Shown piece after piece: positions 36,542 to 47,900 of a stretch of DNA of 64,000 nucleotides. How positions within the stretch are numbered: position 1 is the first letter of the stretch; every line of letters begins with the position of its first letter. Both the position numbers and the translations under genes were made by a program. The notes under the pieces were generated by a model, which worked only from the letters and a program-made list of their open reading frames with translations, searched no databases and was not told the origin of the DNA. Source of the stretch: Camelus dromedarius (lineage: Eukaryota); assembly GCF_036321535.1 (NCBI RefSeq), contig NC_087449.1, forward strand, positions 66,898,001 through 66,962,000, in the 5' to 3' direction.

Positions 36542-39500
36542 CTACGTGTCACAGTCCTCAGGGACGGTGGCCGTGATGATGAGCGAGGGCTCCATGGCGC
36601 TCGGGCCTGCGAAGCTGTGATCTGCACACAGCCTCCGGCCAGGGAGCTGGGAAGCCAGGCCACCCTGGGCCAGGGACTCCACGATGACCTCGGCTGAGCC
36701 CACCTCCAGCTCAGCTGGTGGCTGCAGCGCCACCACCACCACCTTCTCGTCCTCGATGACCAGGTTGCGGAGCTTGCGCTGCCGTGGGTTGTAGTTCTCC
36801 ACCCGGTCATGGATCTCCATGTGCCTCCGCAGGTGAGCCTGTGGAGCAGGGGGCTCAGAGCTGGGTGCCAAGGGGCTCAGGGACCCGCGGTGGGGCAGGA
36901 GGCGAGCCAGGCCCCAGGCCTACCTGCCGGGTGAACTTGTAGCCACATTCGGTGCACTCGAACTTGCGAACCCCCTTGTGCCTTCTCACGTGCACACGCA
37001 GCTGCTCCACTGCTGCAGAAGGGAAGGGACCCCACATTAGGAGAGGCAGAAGTGGGCAGTCCCAGGTTTGCAACTGCTTCCTGGGCCCTACTGGGCTCTA
37101 CAGCGCCACCCGGAGGTCAGTGCTACACCAGGCCCTCAGGAGCCTCCACCCTTTCACCTCAGTCAAAGCAGTGCCAGGTTCATTAACTAATTCTGGGGAA
37201 TGGAGAACATTCTGGGGAGTGGAGATTTGATGGTGAGAAGGCTCTGCTCCGCAGGAGAGATGAAAGCCACTGCAGCATCCGACCTCTCCGGGTGAAGTGC
37301 CACCATCTCCGGTCACCCAGCGGGAAATCACCCAGCCCTCTGCTCCCCTAGGGCAGGCCCAGGCACCTTTGAAGGTCTTCCCACAGATCTGGCAGAAGTG
37401 GGGCCGGCCCTCCTGGTGGCGGCTGGCCACGTGCCTCAGCAGGGGCCCCTTCTCCGTGAAGCGCTGCTCACAGAACTCACAGCTGAAGGGCCTCTCGCCG
37501 GTGTGGGTGCGGTTGTGCTTGTCCAGACTGGCTGTGGGGACAGGGCGAGCGCTCAGCTGCGGGGCCTCTACCCCAGGGCAGGGTGGGGAAGGGCCTGCCT
37601 CACCTTGGGTGCGGAAGGTCTTGCCACAGAGGTGGCACTGGAAGGGCTTCTCGCCCGTATGCGTGCGCAGGTGCATGTTGAGGTTGGCCTTCTGGGTGAA
37701 GGCGTGGCTGCAGAACTCACAGACGTACGGCCTCTCGTTCCTATCCAGGCGGGGGACACAGGCAGAGGCCATCACCGAGGGAAGCAGCTCCCTTCACGCC
37801 AGTGCAGCTGGGAACATGCCTGGCCCCAGAGCCAAGGACACAGGCCAGGCTGAAGCATGCCCACCTGAGCCACTGGAAGGGGCCCAGGCAGAACGAGCTG
37901 CCTGGTGGAAAGAAGGCTCAGGCAGTGCTGGGAAAGGGGCACTAGCTCCGCCTTGGGAACATGAGAAACTGAGAATCTGTCCAGGGAGGTACCAAGCCTC
38001 ATCTTAGTCTGAAATCCACACTTCCCTAGACCCCTGCCCTGCCGGCCTCCCTGCTGGGCAAGCCTGCTCACCCCTCAGGCACCCCCACCCAAAAAGGCTG
38101 CAGGCACCAGACTCAGGGTGGGGGACGTGCACCTCAGCAACTTGGCCTCCCCAGCCCACTGGCTGGCCTGGGGCCAGCAGCAGGGCCAGGGCCTGGGGAA
38201 ACGGGCCAACCCCCACCTGTGCTTGGCCTTGATGTGCATCTGCAGGCCGTTCCGACTTGACGCCCGGTGCCCACACTCCTCACACACGAACAGCTTCTCC
38301 CCACGGTGCTTGAAAGCCTCGTGCAGCTGCAGTTCCGTTCGGGACAAGAAGCACTTGGCACAGGTGGGACACTGAGGGACAGAGGGGATGGCCAGAGGGA
38401 GTGGGCCCACAGAGTAAGGACAGGTAGGACTGCCCCCGGAGCCCCACGGAATCCCCTTGACCTTTCCCCCATGGCAGACACCATGCAGCCCACCTGCTCT
38501 AGACGCCACTCCAGGCACCTCACTCGCGCCAGTCCCAGCACCAGCGGGAGCCCGGCCCCGCCCTCCACACGGCCTGGCACTTACGGCGTGGGGCTTGGGG
38601 GCTCCATGAAGCTTGATCATGTGGCTCTGCAGGTCCTTCTTCTGCATGAACTGCTGGGAGCAGGAGGAACACTGAAAAATAGGCCCACAGTCACCTCTGA
38701 GGCAGCCTACAACCATGGAACCCTGGTCACCCCTGGGCTATGGGGTGGGAACTTAAAGGCAAGGCCCAGTGTGAGATGCCGGGAGGCTCCTTGACTTGGT
38801 GTGAAAGCCTCCAGTGCCAGGCCCACAGGGATGCTGGGCCTGCCCTCCACGGAAAGAAACAAGGGCCCAGAAAGGACCAGCAGCCCTACCCGAAGATACG
38901 GGAGCACTGGATGGGGAGGGAAGGCTGAGCTCCTTGATGGCTGGCCGAGGGAGGCACCTGACTCTCCCGCAAAAAGGGCTGGGTGGGAGGGATCCCGGGC
39001 TGCCCCTCCGTCCCTGGGGTCAGGCCGAGCCTAACCTTGTAGGGCATCTCCCCTGTGTGGGACACCATGTGCACCCGCAGCTCCATCCTCCGGCGGAAGG
39101 TCTCCTGGCACACGGAGCAGGTGAAGACCTGGCAGTGTGGGGGCAAGCAGGGCCGGCATCAGCGGGGGCTCTGCCCGCGACGGCAGACTCTGCCCGGGTT
39201 TCCACTTGCTGCTGGGAGGAGTCTGCCCAGGGAGAGGGGCGCTAGGGTGGGAGAGGGCAACATGTAACCTGCTTGCCCTGACCCTGACCGTCACTGAGCG
39301 CTGTAGGCCCACCACGCCAGGCTGGGGCTAGGCTGGGGCTAGGGGCCGAACGGCCTCCCTCACAGCCCCCACTCTGCCAGCGACAGGCCTCTAGGAAGAG
39401 ACAGGCAGGGTTTAGCCAGCCAGGGGGGTTGGGGGAGATGGCCAGGAGGCCTTTCTCAGTAGCCAACCCCCACCGAAGTACCCCGTCTCCAAAGCCCAGG

Positions 39501-42500
39501 GGCCTAGTCAGGCAAACCCAAAATGCCTCCTGCCAAGTCCCTCCTGGGCTTGTCCCATCTGCCTCTGGGACCCGTGTCCCCAACTGTAGTACCAAGGGGG
39601 TGGACTCACGGACATCCAAGGACCCTGCAGCTCTGGAGTTTACAGTCCTGTCTAGGACAGTCTCCTGGGGGCCCCTCCCCGATGGCAGAGCAACAGAGAC
39701 CAGCACACTCCTGCCCACAAGGACCCGGGCTGGCCCCCAGGTACCTGTTCCGAGCGGTTCATGCAGTTCCGGGCTTCATGCTCTAGGAGGTTCTCCTTCC
39801 GAAAGTAACATTTTCCACATTTGGGACACTCGAAGGGTTTCTCCCCAGTGTGTTTCCTGCTGGGAGAATCCACAGGGGGTGTGGGGGCTGAGCAGAACTC
39901 CCTGCCCTCCCTCAGCCAGTGCCCCTTCTGATGCCCCGCTGCCAGGGCTGTGCTCCACGGCAGAGGAAGGACCTGACGTCGCCACCTGAGGATCAGTCAG
40001 ACTCCACTGGTGAACCTGCAGGGGTGAGCCCCGAAACCCTTCTCTCTTGTGCAGACTCTGCAGGGGAAAGGGCCACACAGCGTCATGCCGGAGGGGACAC
40101 CCTGGAGCCACCACACAGGCCAATGAGGAGGCCCAGCTGCCAGCATCTCCCCAAAGGCAGAAATAATCCTCAGGCCCTGACTCCCTGAAGAAACCACTCA
40201 GTCTCCCTGGAACTTCTGTGGGCTCTACCTTCAAAACCATGGCCAGAATCTGACCACTTCACCTCGCCTCCATATTACCACCCAGTGCAGCCACGCCATC
40301 CTCAGGCTCCTGTCTGGGCCTCCTAGCCTGTCTCGTGCTCCACACCTGCCTCCCAACAGGTTGTTGTTTTTTGTTTTTTGATTTTTTTTTTAATTGAAGT
40401 ACAGTCAGTTACAATGCATCAATTTCTGGCGTACAGCACAATGTCCCAGTCATGCATATACATACATATATTCGTTTTCGTATTCTTTTTCATTAAAGGT
40501 TATTACCAGATACTGAATGTAGTTCCCTGTGCTATACAGAAGAAACTTTTTAAAGTCTATTTTTATATATAATGGCTAACATTTGTAAATCTCAAACTCC
40601 CAAATTTATCCCTTCCCACTCTCTTTCCCCTCGTCACCATAAAATTATTTACTACGTCTGCGAGTCTGTTTCTATTTTGTAGATTTTTTTTTTGAATGGA
40701 GGTACTGGGAATTGAACCCAGGACCTTGCGCATGCTAAGAACACGCTCTACCACTGAGCTATACCCTTCCCAACCAACACACATGTTTTAACTTCAGGAG
40801 CCAGAGGGGCCCTTAAGTATGGTCGGATCTCATCACCTCTGCTCACAACCCTCTAAAGCTTTCCATCTCACCCTGAGAAAGGCCTGGGGGCCTATGAGGG
40901 TATTGCTGGCCTGCCCCGTACCTTGCCAGACTCAGTCCCCGGCCTGGCCTCCCTGCCAACCCAGAGGCTCTGCTCTGGCTCCTCTCAGGCCCAGAGCGCT
41001 CTCCCCAGCCATCCTCACTTCCTTTGAGTCTGCGGGACTTTCTTTAGAATCACAACCTGACCCCACCCTGAACTCCCCTGCCCTGGCCCTGCTGTCCTTC
41101 TCCTTTGTTCTGTGGCACTTCCAGTCCTTCATCACACTGCGAAGTCACTTATCTGGTAGTTCAGAGTCTCATTGCCCTGCTGGAAGGCAAGCTCCACAAG
41201 GCCTCTTTGTTCTGTTCACTAAGGTATCCCCAGTGCCCAGCTCCTGGCAGACAGCTCACTGAATGAACAAAATGAACCCTGACCTCAGAGCACGTGAGCG
41301 GCCCTGGGAGAGCTCTCACCGCCTGCCAGAGGCCACACACTCCTCTTATCCTCTGCTGCTACACTGACTGTCCTTGTCCCCCGTCCCAGTGACCGCAGGA
41401 GGCCATCACTCCCTCCCACTTCTCAGGGTCAGTCCAGCAGCCTGCAGCCCAAGGTAGGGTGAGGACTCTGCCTGCACCCGTGTCTTACACTGGGGGTGTG
41501 TCCAGGCAGACATGGACCACCGGATGGTGACTTCCCTGAAGACGCCACTGGCAGCAGCTGCCCCCAAGCAGGGAGAACAAACGGGCTTCACTCCCAATTC
41601 CAACCCTATTCGGTTGCCGGTGGCTTCCCAGAGCTTCATACTGAGAAAACGGGTATGGCGCAATCTGGCTTGGCAAGAAACAGCACAGCGGTGCACCAGT
41701 GATGTCTTGGGCCAGGGAGGGGCAGGACAGGGAGTCAAGTCACCTAGATGCCATTCCTGGAGGCCTTGCAGGGACTCTAGAGCAGCGCCGTCCAAGAGGA
41801 CCCTCTGGCATGATGGAAACCATCTGCCTCTGCTGTTGCATTTGGCAGGCAGGGGCCACATGTGGCCACCAAGCCCTTGAAATGCACCTAGCGTGTCTGA
41901 GGAACTGAACTTCTTTAATTTTAATAACTTCCAAGTTAAAATATCTTCGTGTGACATCTAATTACCTTATTGGACACTGCAGCTTTAGACAAATGGTCTT
42001 TAATGACACTGAGCTGACATCTCAGAGCTAACCTCTCCCCAGAAATGCAGGTGGCACCAACCCTAAAGATTGACGACTTCGCCCAAAGCCCACACTGCCA
42101 GGCTTTAGAAATACCTACGGTCAGGCCTCAGCCACAGCACAGAGCCACAGGCTTCTCTCATCCCCTGGGCAGAAGCCAGTTCGAGGTCAAGGTCCGCAGT
42201 GGGTGGAACCTGTTGATAAGGTCCACAAAGCCACTCCAAGGAGGAGGGGGAGGAAGAAGGAAGCCGACCAAGGTCAGGTTCTCACTTCCTGATGAGCAGA
42301 GGCCTGCTAACGTCAGGCACTACGTGGGTCTGAGATGGAGCCCCTGACCCCTACATGGCCCAGAAGTGGGGAATGCAGGCCCCCTCCCCCAACANNNNNN
42401 NNNNNNNNNNNNNNNNNNNNNNNNNNNNNNNNNNNNNNNNNNNNNNNNNNNNNNNNNNNNNNNNNNNNNNNNNNNNNNNNNNNNNNNNNNNNNNNNNNNN

Positions 42501-43840
42501 NNNNNNNNNNNNNNNNNNNNNNNNNNNNNNNNNNNNNNNNNNNNNAGGGAACCTGCGCTCAGGGCCGGCTCGGCAGCACAGGGCTTTCTGAGTACGTTCG
42601 CTTTCCTCCTGGCTGGCACAGTCTCAGTCTCAGAAACGTAATCGGCATCCCCGTCATCCTCAACTTGAACCACCACTTCCCACTAGAGCAGAATAGGCAG
42701 CAGGAGGGAGTGAGGTCACCAAATTAATCAGCAGGGGTTCTGGGGACAGATCGACAGGGCAGCCAGCTCCATCCAGGCCCATCCCAAGCCCCGACCCAGG
42801 CACATCCCTAGATAAGTCCCTTCATCCATGACTATTCCCTGGATGGTTCCAGGGCAGGCAGCATCCGCATCTTGGACTTGGAGGGCAATAGCTTTACTTG
42901 TGGGTAACTGGAAGTTTGTCTGGACTTCACTACCCTGGGGAAACTCTTGATGCTGCCCACTCCACCCCAAGAAGCCATGCCTCACAGAAAGGTCAGCCTG
43001 AGGCTGCAGGACAAAACCAGCTATATTTGGAGAAAACCTGTCCCAAACCCACAGAAGAGATTCTACCTTAGGGTCCAGATTATCCCAGGAAAGTGTCAGT
43101 CTCTTCTCTCCACTCCTGCCTCCCCCTTTCCAGCACCCTGAGCACAATACCTCATTACTCCCGCCCTGCAGCTGGACACCTTCAGCCTCAAAGGGCCTGG
43201 AGGGCACTTTGCAATCCTCAGACTCCTTGTCCTCAGGGGGACAAAGCTTCAGGGCCTGCCTGAGTTTCCCATGGAGGAAGGAGGGGCTCTCACACTGAGC
43301 AGGGAGACCAAGCTGAGGCCTCTGGGGGCTAAGACTGCTGCTGAGCTCCTGATCCTTGGGGACTTGACCCAGAGTCCTTGAAACTTCCTCTTCCTCCAAG
43401 CCTGAGGGCTCCTTGAGGTGGCTGTTCACATCCTGGGGGGCAGGTTTCCCCAGCCCACTCCGGACACTTGGCACCTGTCCCACTGAGGTTTTGGGCTTGA
43501 AGCTCTGGCACAGCTCTACAGCCTCAGGCACCCGCAGCTCCCTGGCTGCCAGAAGCACCTGATCCCGGTTCCCTGAGGTGAGGGCAAGGTGACCAGTGTA
43601 GAAAAAGTCCAACAGGAGGCCAAAGATCTCTGCAAAGCCAGCAGGGAGGACGACACTGCCCCCTGAGCCATCCCCGTAGAGACTCTGGAAGAAGTGGCTG
43701 CAGCAGGCCAAAACACTCCAGTGCGCCTTGAACACCAGGCCCCCCACATCCAGGGTGGCATCGCAGTATTGGCCCCTCTCCCGCTGCTTGTTGAGCTCCT
43801 GCAGAACCCTCACACTGTGCTGGACGAAGGAGCCGTCCAT
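36542..43840 (-). CDS. ZBTB48: Zinc finger and BTB domain-containing protein 48 (TZAP/HKR3), ~688 aa; coding exons 43840-43151, 42682-(~42441, end inside N-run), 39856-39745, 39128-39036, 38671-38585, 38371-38217, 37740-37604, 37531-37367, 37012-36924, 36838-36542
   Basis: [30 protein letters not shown] domain, then C2H2 fingers (ZF2-ZF11 visible) and C-terminal [12 protein letters not shown] arm. Visible splice sites are all GT-AG and in phase. The end of the second coding exon is inferred from orthologue length. Confidence 0.95.
40375..40683 (-). mobile_element. 5'-truncated artiodactyl/camelid-type L1 3' end
   Basis: poly-T, attgaagtacagtcagttacaatg...gttccctgtgctatacag...ctcccaaatttatccc; same family as 21323 and 62891. 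Confidence 0.75.
40684..40771 (-). mobile_element. tRNA-Ala-derived SINE head (short form) abutting the L1 fragment
   Basis: Reverse complement reads GGGAAGGGTATAGCTCAGTGGTAGAGCGTGTTCTTAGCATGCGCAAGGTCCTGGGTTCAATTCCCAGTACCTCC + A-run. Confidence 0.85.
41790..41985. mobile_element. MER3-like hAT-Charlie relic
   Basis: ggccacatgtggcc...ccttgaaatg...gaggaactgaacttctttaattttaat...ttattggacactgcag. Confidence 0.6.
42395..42545. other. N-run (151 nt) hiding ZBTB48 zinc finger 1 and its splice donor
   Basis: Directly visible; the reading frame enters the gap at ...EPALSAGS. Confidence 0.97.
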
Positions 43841-44229
43841 GGTCCGTCTGAAGGGGAGAAAGGCAGCAGTGACACCCTGGCCAGTCCAACTCAGAGGTGG
43901 CAAGCCCCTGGACTTGAGAAGAGGGAAAGGGGAGGAGAACTCTAATCAGTCACATTTATTACAACGAGGGCTTGGATCAAGGTTAGGGAATGCAAGGTGA
44001 GACAGGAACGAACTGAAAGCCTCTCTGGGAGCGGGGGGGTCAAGTAAGCAGCCCATACTTGGGGTGGCCAGAGAGCGTGGGTGGGAGGGGCGCAGGCGGA
44101 CTAGGTGGGGACAGGGTCGTGAAGGGGTGCTGGTGGGAGGAAATCAAAAGTTTGGGAAAAGAGGCGGGGGATCAGCCCGAACTTATCAGCCTGGCACAGC
44201 GAGACCAGAGCAAGGGAGGGAGGTGGCTG

Positions 44230-44760
44230 CAGACAGGTGAACCGAGCCCACGCCGCACCCACACGTCCCTGCAGCCGGGCGGAAGGCGGCCGCGGTCACA
44301 CTCCATCAGCGACCACCGCGGCCCATAGCCCCTCTCCCTCTCCCTGTGCCCCGCGATCTCCTCATCCGGGCCCGTCCTCCCCACACCAGCCCCACGGGCC
44401 CGAAACCACGCCGCCCACCCAGCCCCACTGACCACCTGCCCCGGCCGTACGCGCCCGGCAGACCGTGCGGAGACGCCGCCGCCGCCGCCGGACGTGACGT
44501 CAGGACGCGCCGGCCGGGTTGAGACGCCTCGGAAGAGCAGGCCTTTACCTCCGGCTCCTGGAGGCGGTACCAAGTAGAGAATACCCAATGAGATGCTTGG
44601 GGAGGCGGGACCAGCCCCTTTCCACCGTAGCTGGGCCCGCCTCCCGGAGTTGCCTAGCAACGCCAAGCAGGACATTGGCTGTTCGCCCAGCTCTGGCAGA
44701 GTCCTAAGGTTCCGGTTGCATTTCTCCCCTAGCGGCGCCCTCAGGCTTGAAGCGGCAGCG
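44230..44760 (-). promoter_or_regulatory. ZBTB48: ZBTB48 CpG promoter and non-coding first exon (donor at 44549/44548), with RFX X-box GTTGCCTAGCAAC (44649-44661) and palindromic CRE TGACGTCA (44495-44502)
   Basis: CpG-rich; GGAG|GTAAAG donor on minus; acceptor of the first coding exon at 43847; motifs read directly. Confidence 0.7.
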
Positions 44761-44811
44761 CCCCACCCTCACCCTAGAGAGGAAGCCCAGCAAAGCAGCA
44801 CGTTTCACCTG

Positions 44812-44817
44812 TTTATT
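44812..44817 (-). terminator. TAS1R1: TAS1R1 polyadenylation signal
   Basis: TTTATT on +, ~170 nt after the stop codon. Confidence 0.8.
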
Positions 44818-44988
44818 GGAGCCCGGACTGAGCTCTCCCTTGGACTTACACTTCCCCAGCCAAGGCTAAGGAGCCCAAAGGCCTCCCCGACACCCCAGGT
44901 CCTGAGCGCCCCACTCCACCTTCGACCCTCAGGGCAGTGGACACTTCCAGTCCGCTCCGCCCTGGCTTGGTCCTGCCTGACCCAGGGG

Positions 44989-47900
44989 TCAGGTGGAGCC
45001 ACAGCGCCTGGTGTAGTCCTGGATGGAGGCCTGGAAGTGCTCCGTGCTGTTGAGTTCTGGGCGGCACAGGATCACATAGCACTTGGGGAGGAAGTAACCG
45101 CTGAAGTCGCCACTCAGGCAGCTCAGCGCGGCCAGCACGTTGACTGCAGGTAGATACTGGCCCTGGTAGACACTGGCCACTGTGAAGAAGGCAATCCAGG
45201 ACACAAAGTTGAGGAGCAGGCTGAAGGTGACACATTTTGCCTCGTTGTAGTTCTCTGGCAGGTCCTTGCCCAGGTAGCTGCAGGCAAAGGCGCTGACAGA
45301 GAGGAGGCCATTGTAGGCAAAAGCCAGCATGAATCCCAGTGAGTTAGCCTCTGTGCAATCTAGCACCACCAGCTGAGGGAAGCGCTGGTATTCCCTGGTG
45401 GGCAGTGGGGTCCACACTGCAAACCAAATTAGACAGATAAGCAGCTGGACTGTCGAGCTGATCACCACAAACAGGCCAGCACCATGGTTTTGGACCCACG
45501 CACGGAAGAAGGTGGGTACCTTGGCAGAAAACTTGAAGATGAAGACAAGTTGGAAGGAGCGGATTGTCAGGCAGGACAAGAAGATGGCAAAACCGAGGGC
45601 AAAGAGGCCTTGGCGCAGCAAGCATGTGGGCCACGTGGGTTCCCCAAAGAAGCCATAGAGGCCCAAGCTGCCCCCTGCCAGGGAGCCCAGCATGAGGAAG
45701 CACAGTCTGCCCCCAGCTGACTTCACCACGGGGGTGTCTAGGTGCCAGGCAAACAGGCCAGCAGTCCCAGCCACCACCACGAGCAGCAGCGTATTAGCTG
45801 CCAACAGGACCAAAGAGATGGGCTCATGCCAAGTCAAAAACACCACAGTGCGTGGGAAGCAGGTCTGGCTTCCCTCAGGTGCCCACTCTTCTTTCCCGCA
45901 AGGCTGGCAGCGGTAGAAGTCTGGAAGGAAAGGCAGAGAGGTTCCTGAGAGGCAGGTGAGCACAGCAGGAATGGGGGAGGGAGGCTGTGCAAGCCTGCCA
46001 GGTGCTGTGAGGGCTGTACCACAGGAGCTGGGCTCTGCCAGGCACGGCAAGAAGGGGGCAGCCCTGAATGGGGGCCCCGAGGCCACGGGCTTCCTCAAAA
46101 TGCCTGTGTTAATTACAGTTTACAGAGACACTTGTGTAGGTTCTGCTTGACTCATGGTCCCAGAAGGGTTTGCAAACCAAGAGCCTTACCCTGTAGCTCT
46201 GCCCACAAACCAGTGAGGCAATGATCCTATGGGAGTAGCCAACCCAAAGGGAAGGGCATTTTCATCTCTCCCTGGTGCTGCCACTAACCACATCCCCCTT
46301 CCTGAGCTGCCACGCTGTGGTTTCTCTGAGTTGACTCTATGCCCAAAGAGACAGTAAAAGGGAAGCATGTGGCCCCTGGCGTCCAGCTCTGGGCTGAAGC
46401 CTTAGCCACCTCAGTTTGGCCTCTGATCTTGACCCTGCATCACTTTTTTCCTCTTCTCTTTAAAATGTTTTTGCAGAGAGGTAATTAGATTTATTTATTA
46501 ATTTTTTAAAAGGAGGGACTGGGGATCGAACCCAGGACCTCGTGCATACCAGGCATATGCTCTACCACTGAGCTATACCCTCCCACCCTGCATCACTTTT
46601 TTTTCTGTTGCAGACATGCTACTATCTGCCTTTAGGCCAAGCTCTTCAAGATGCTGCTTGTCTTTGGCATGGACGCCAGAAGGGACTTCATACAGATAGC
46701 AGGAGAGGGCACAAAGGGAACAATAGCTACATCTGTTTGGATTAAGAGGTTGAAATAGGAAAAAATTGCCTCTGTAGGCATTGCGTTGAGAGCTCGCTAA
46801 TAAAGGACACAGCTAGGACTGAGGCCATCAATTGGTTGTTTCTGCTTGATGTGACTTCAGTCTGATGGAAGGTGTCCTCCAACCTGTCCCTGACTGGCAG
46901 CAAAGTGACCAGGGCCCTGGTTCTGCACATGTGTGGCCTGAGAGAGGTCCTTTCTTCTATTCTGCAGATCCTTGGAGTCCTGGGAGGTTTGCCCACTCAC
47001 CGTTTGGTCACTCACCACTCTTGTTGAGGAAGGTCCCGGCCTCACAGGGCACACACTCAAAGCAACAGTGGTGGAAACCCCAAACCACTCTCTGGTGCCC
47101 TTCAAGACAGTCGCTGGAACACACAGACTTAGGCACCTGCAAGAAACCACAGGTGTTATGCAAGCATGTGGAGGGGCCCAGGTCAAGGACATGCACATGT
47201 GGGATGGAAAACTGGATCTCTGTGTATCCGCCCTCACGGCTCACTCCCAGGGCAGAGCCTCTAGTTGTATGAACCAGCAGCAACTGGACATCTGTCTGTG
47301 AGCCTAGGGGCCTTCCCTGGCAGGGCTGCATAGAGGCAGAGCAGCCTTGGAACCTGGGCTCCCCTCTCCTGCTCTGTGTCAGAGTGTCCCCAGGCTCCAG
47401 GCTGCCCATCAGGCAGTCACCTGGTGAGTGACCACGTCCCCATTACCTGGTTGTCCTTTCCATGCCACTGGATTTTGGTTGTATTTATGTCTAGCCGAGC
47501 TGGGGATGATGTGGAGGAGCCAATGACCCTGAAGGTCCATTCGGGGCCATTCCATTCCCAGGCAATTATGTCATAGCCACCAAGGGGGTCCCCGTTGTCT
47601 TTAAATATCACATTGTGCTTGTGTAGGAGGAAATTCACCTTGCGGATATGCTCCAGAAGCTGAGACAAACAGGGAGGACAGAGCAGCTGTAGATGACACA
47701 CGGGCTGCTCCCCGTGGACACTCCCAGCCCGACAGCCCAGGAAGCGGGTGTGTGGGGCCTTGCTGGGCTTCTCTCTGCCTGGTTTCAGCCTTTCTGGAAG
47801 TTCTGGTCCCTTCCTCAGGCCCCCTCCCCTCCTAGGAGGCCCCTTGACCCTCCCGACCAGCCTCTTGAGAGAGAGCAAGCCTCTTAACAAAGGAGCCCTT

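Noticed and set aside
43841-43903. Apparent 21-aa N-terminal extension of ZBTB48 (MPPLSW...)
   Set aside because: Runs across the polypyrimidine tract and acceptor at 43848; it is intronic.
36500-44760. Search for telomeric (TTAGGG)n or autoregulatory arrays near TZAP/ZBTB48
   Set aside because: Only isolated single hexamers were seen in the window; no array.
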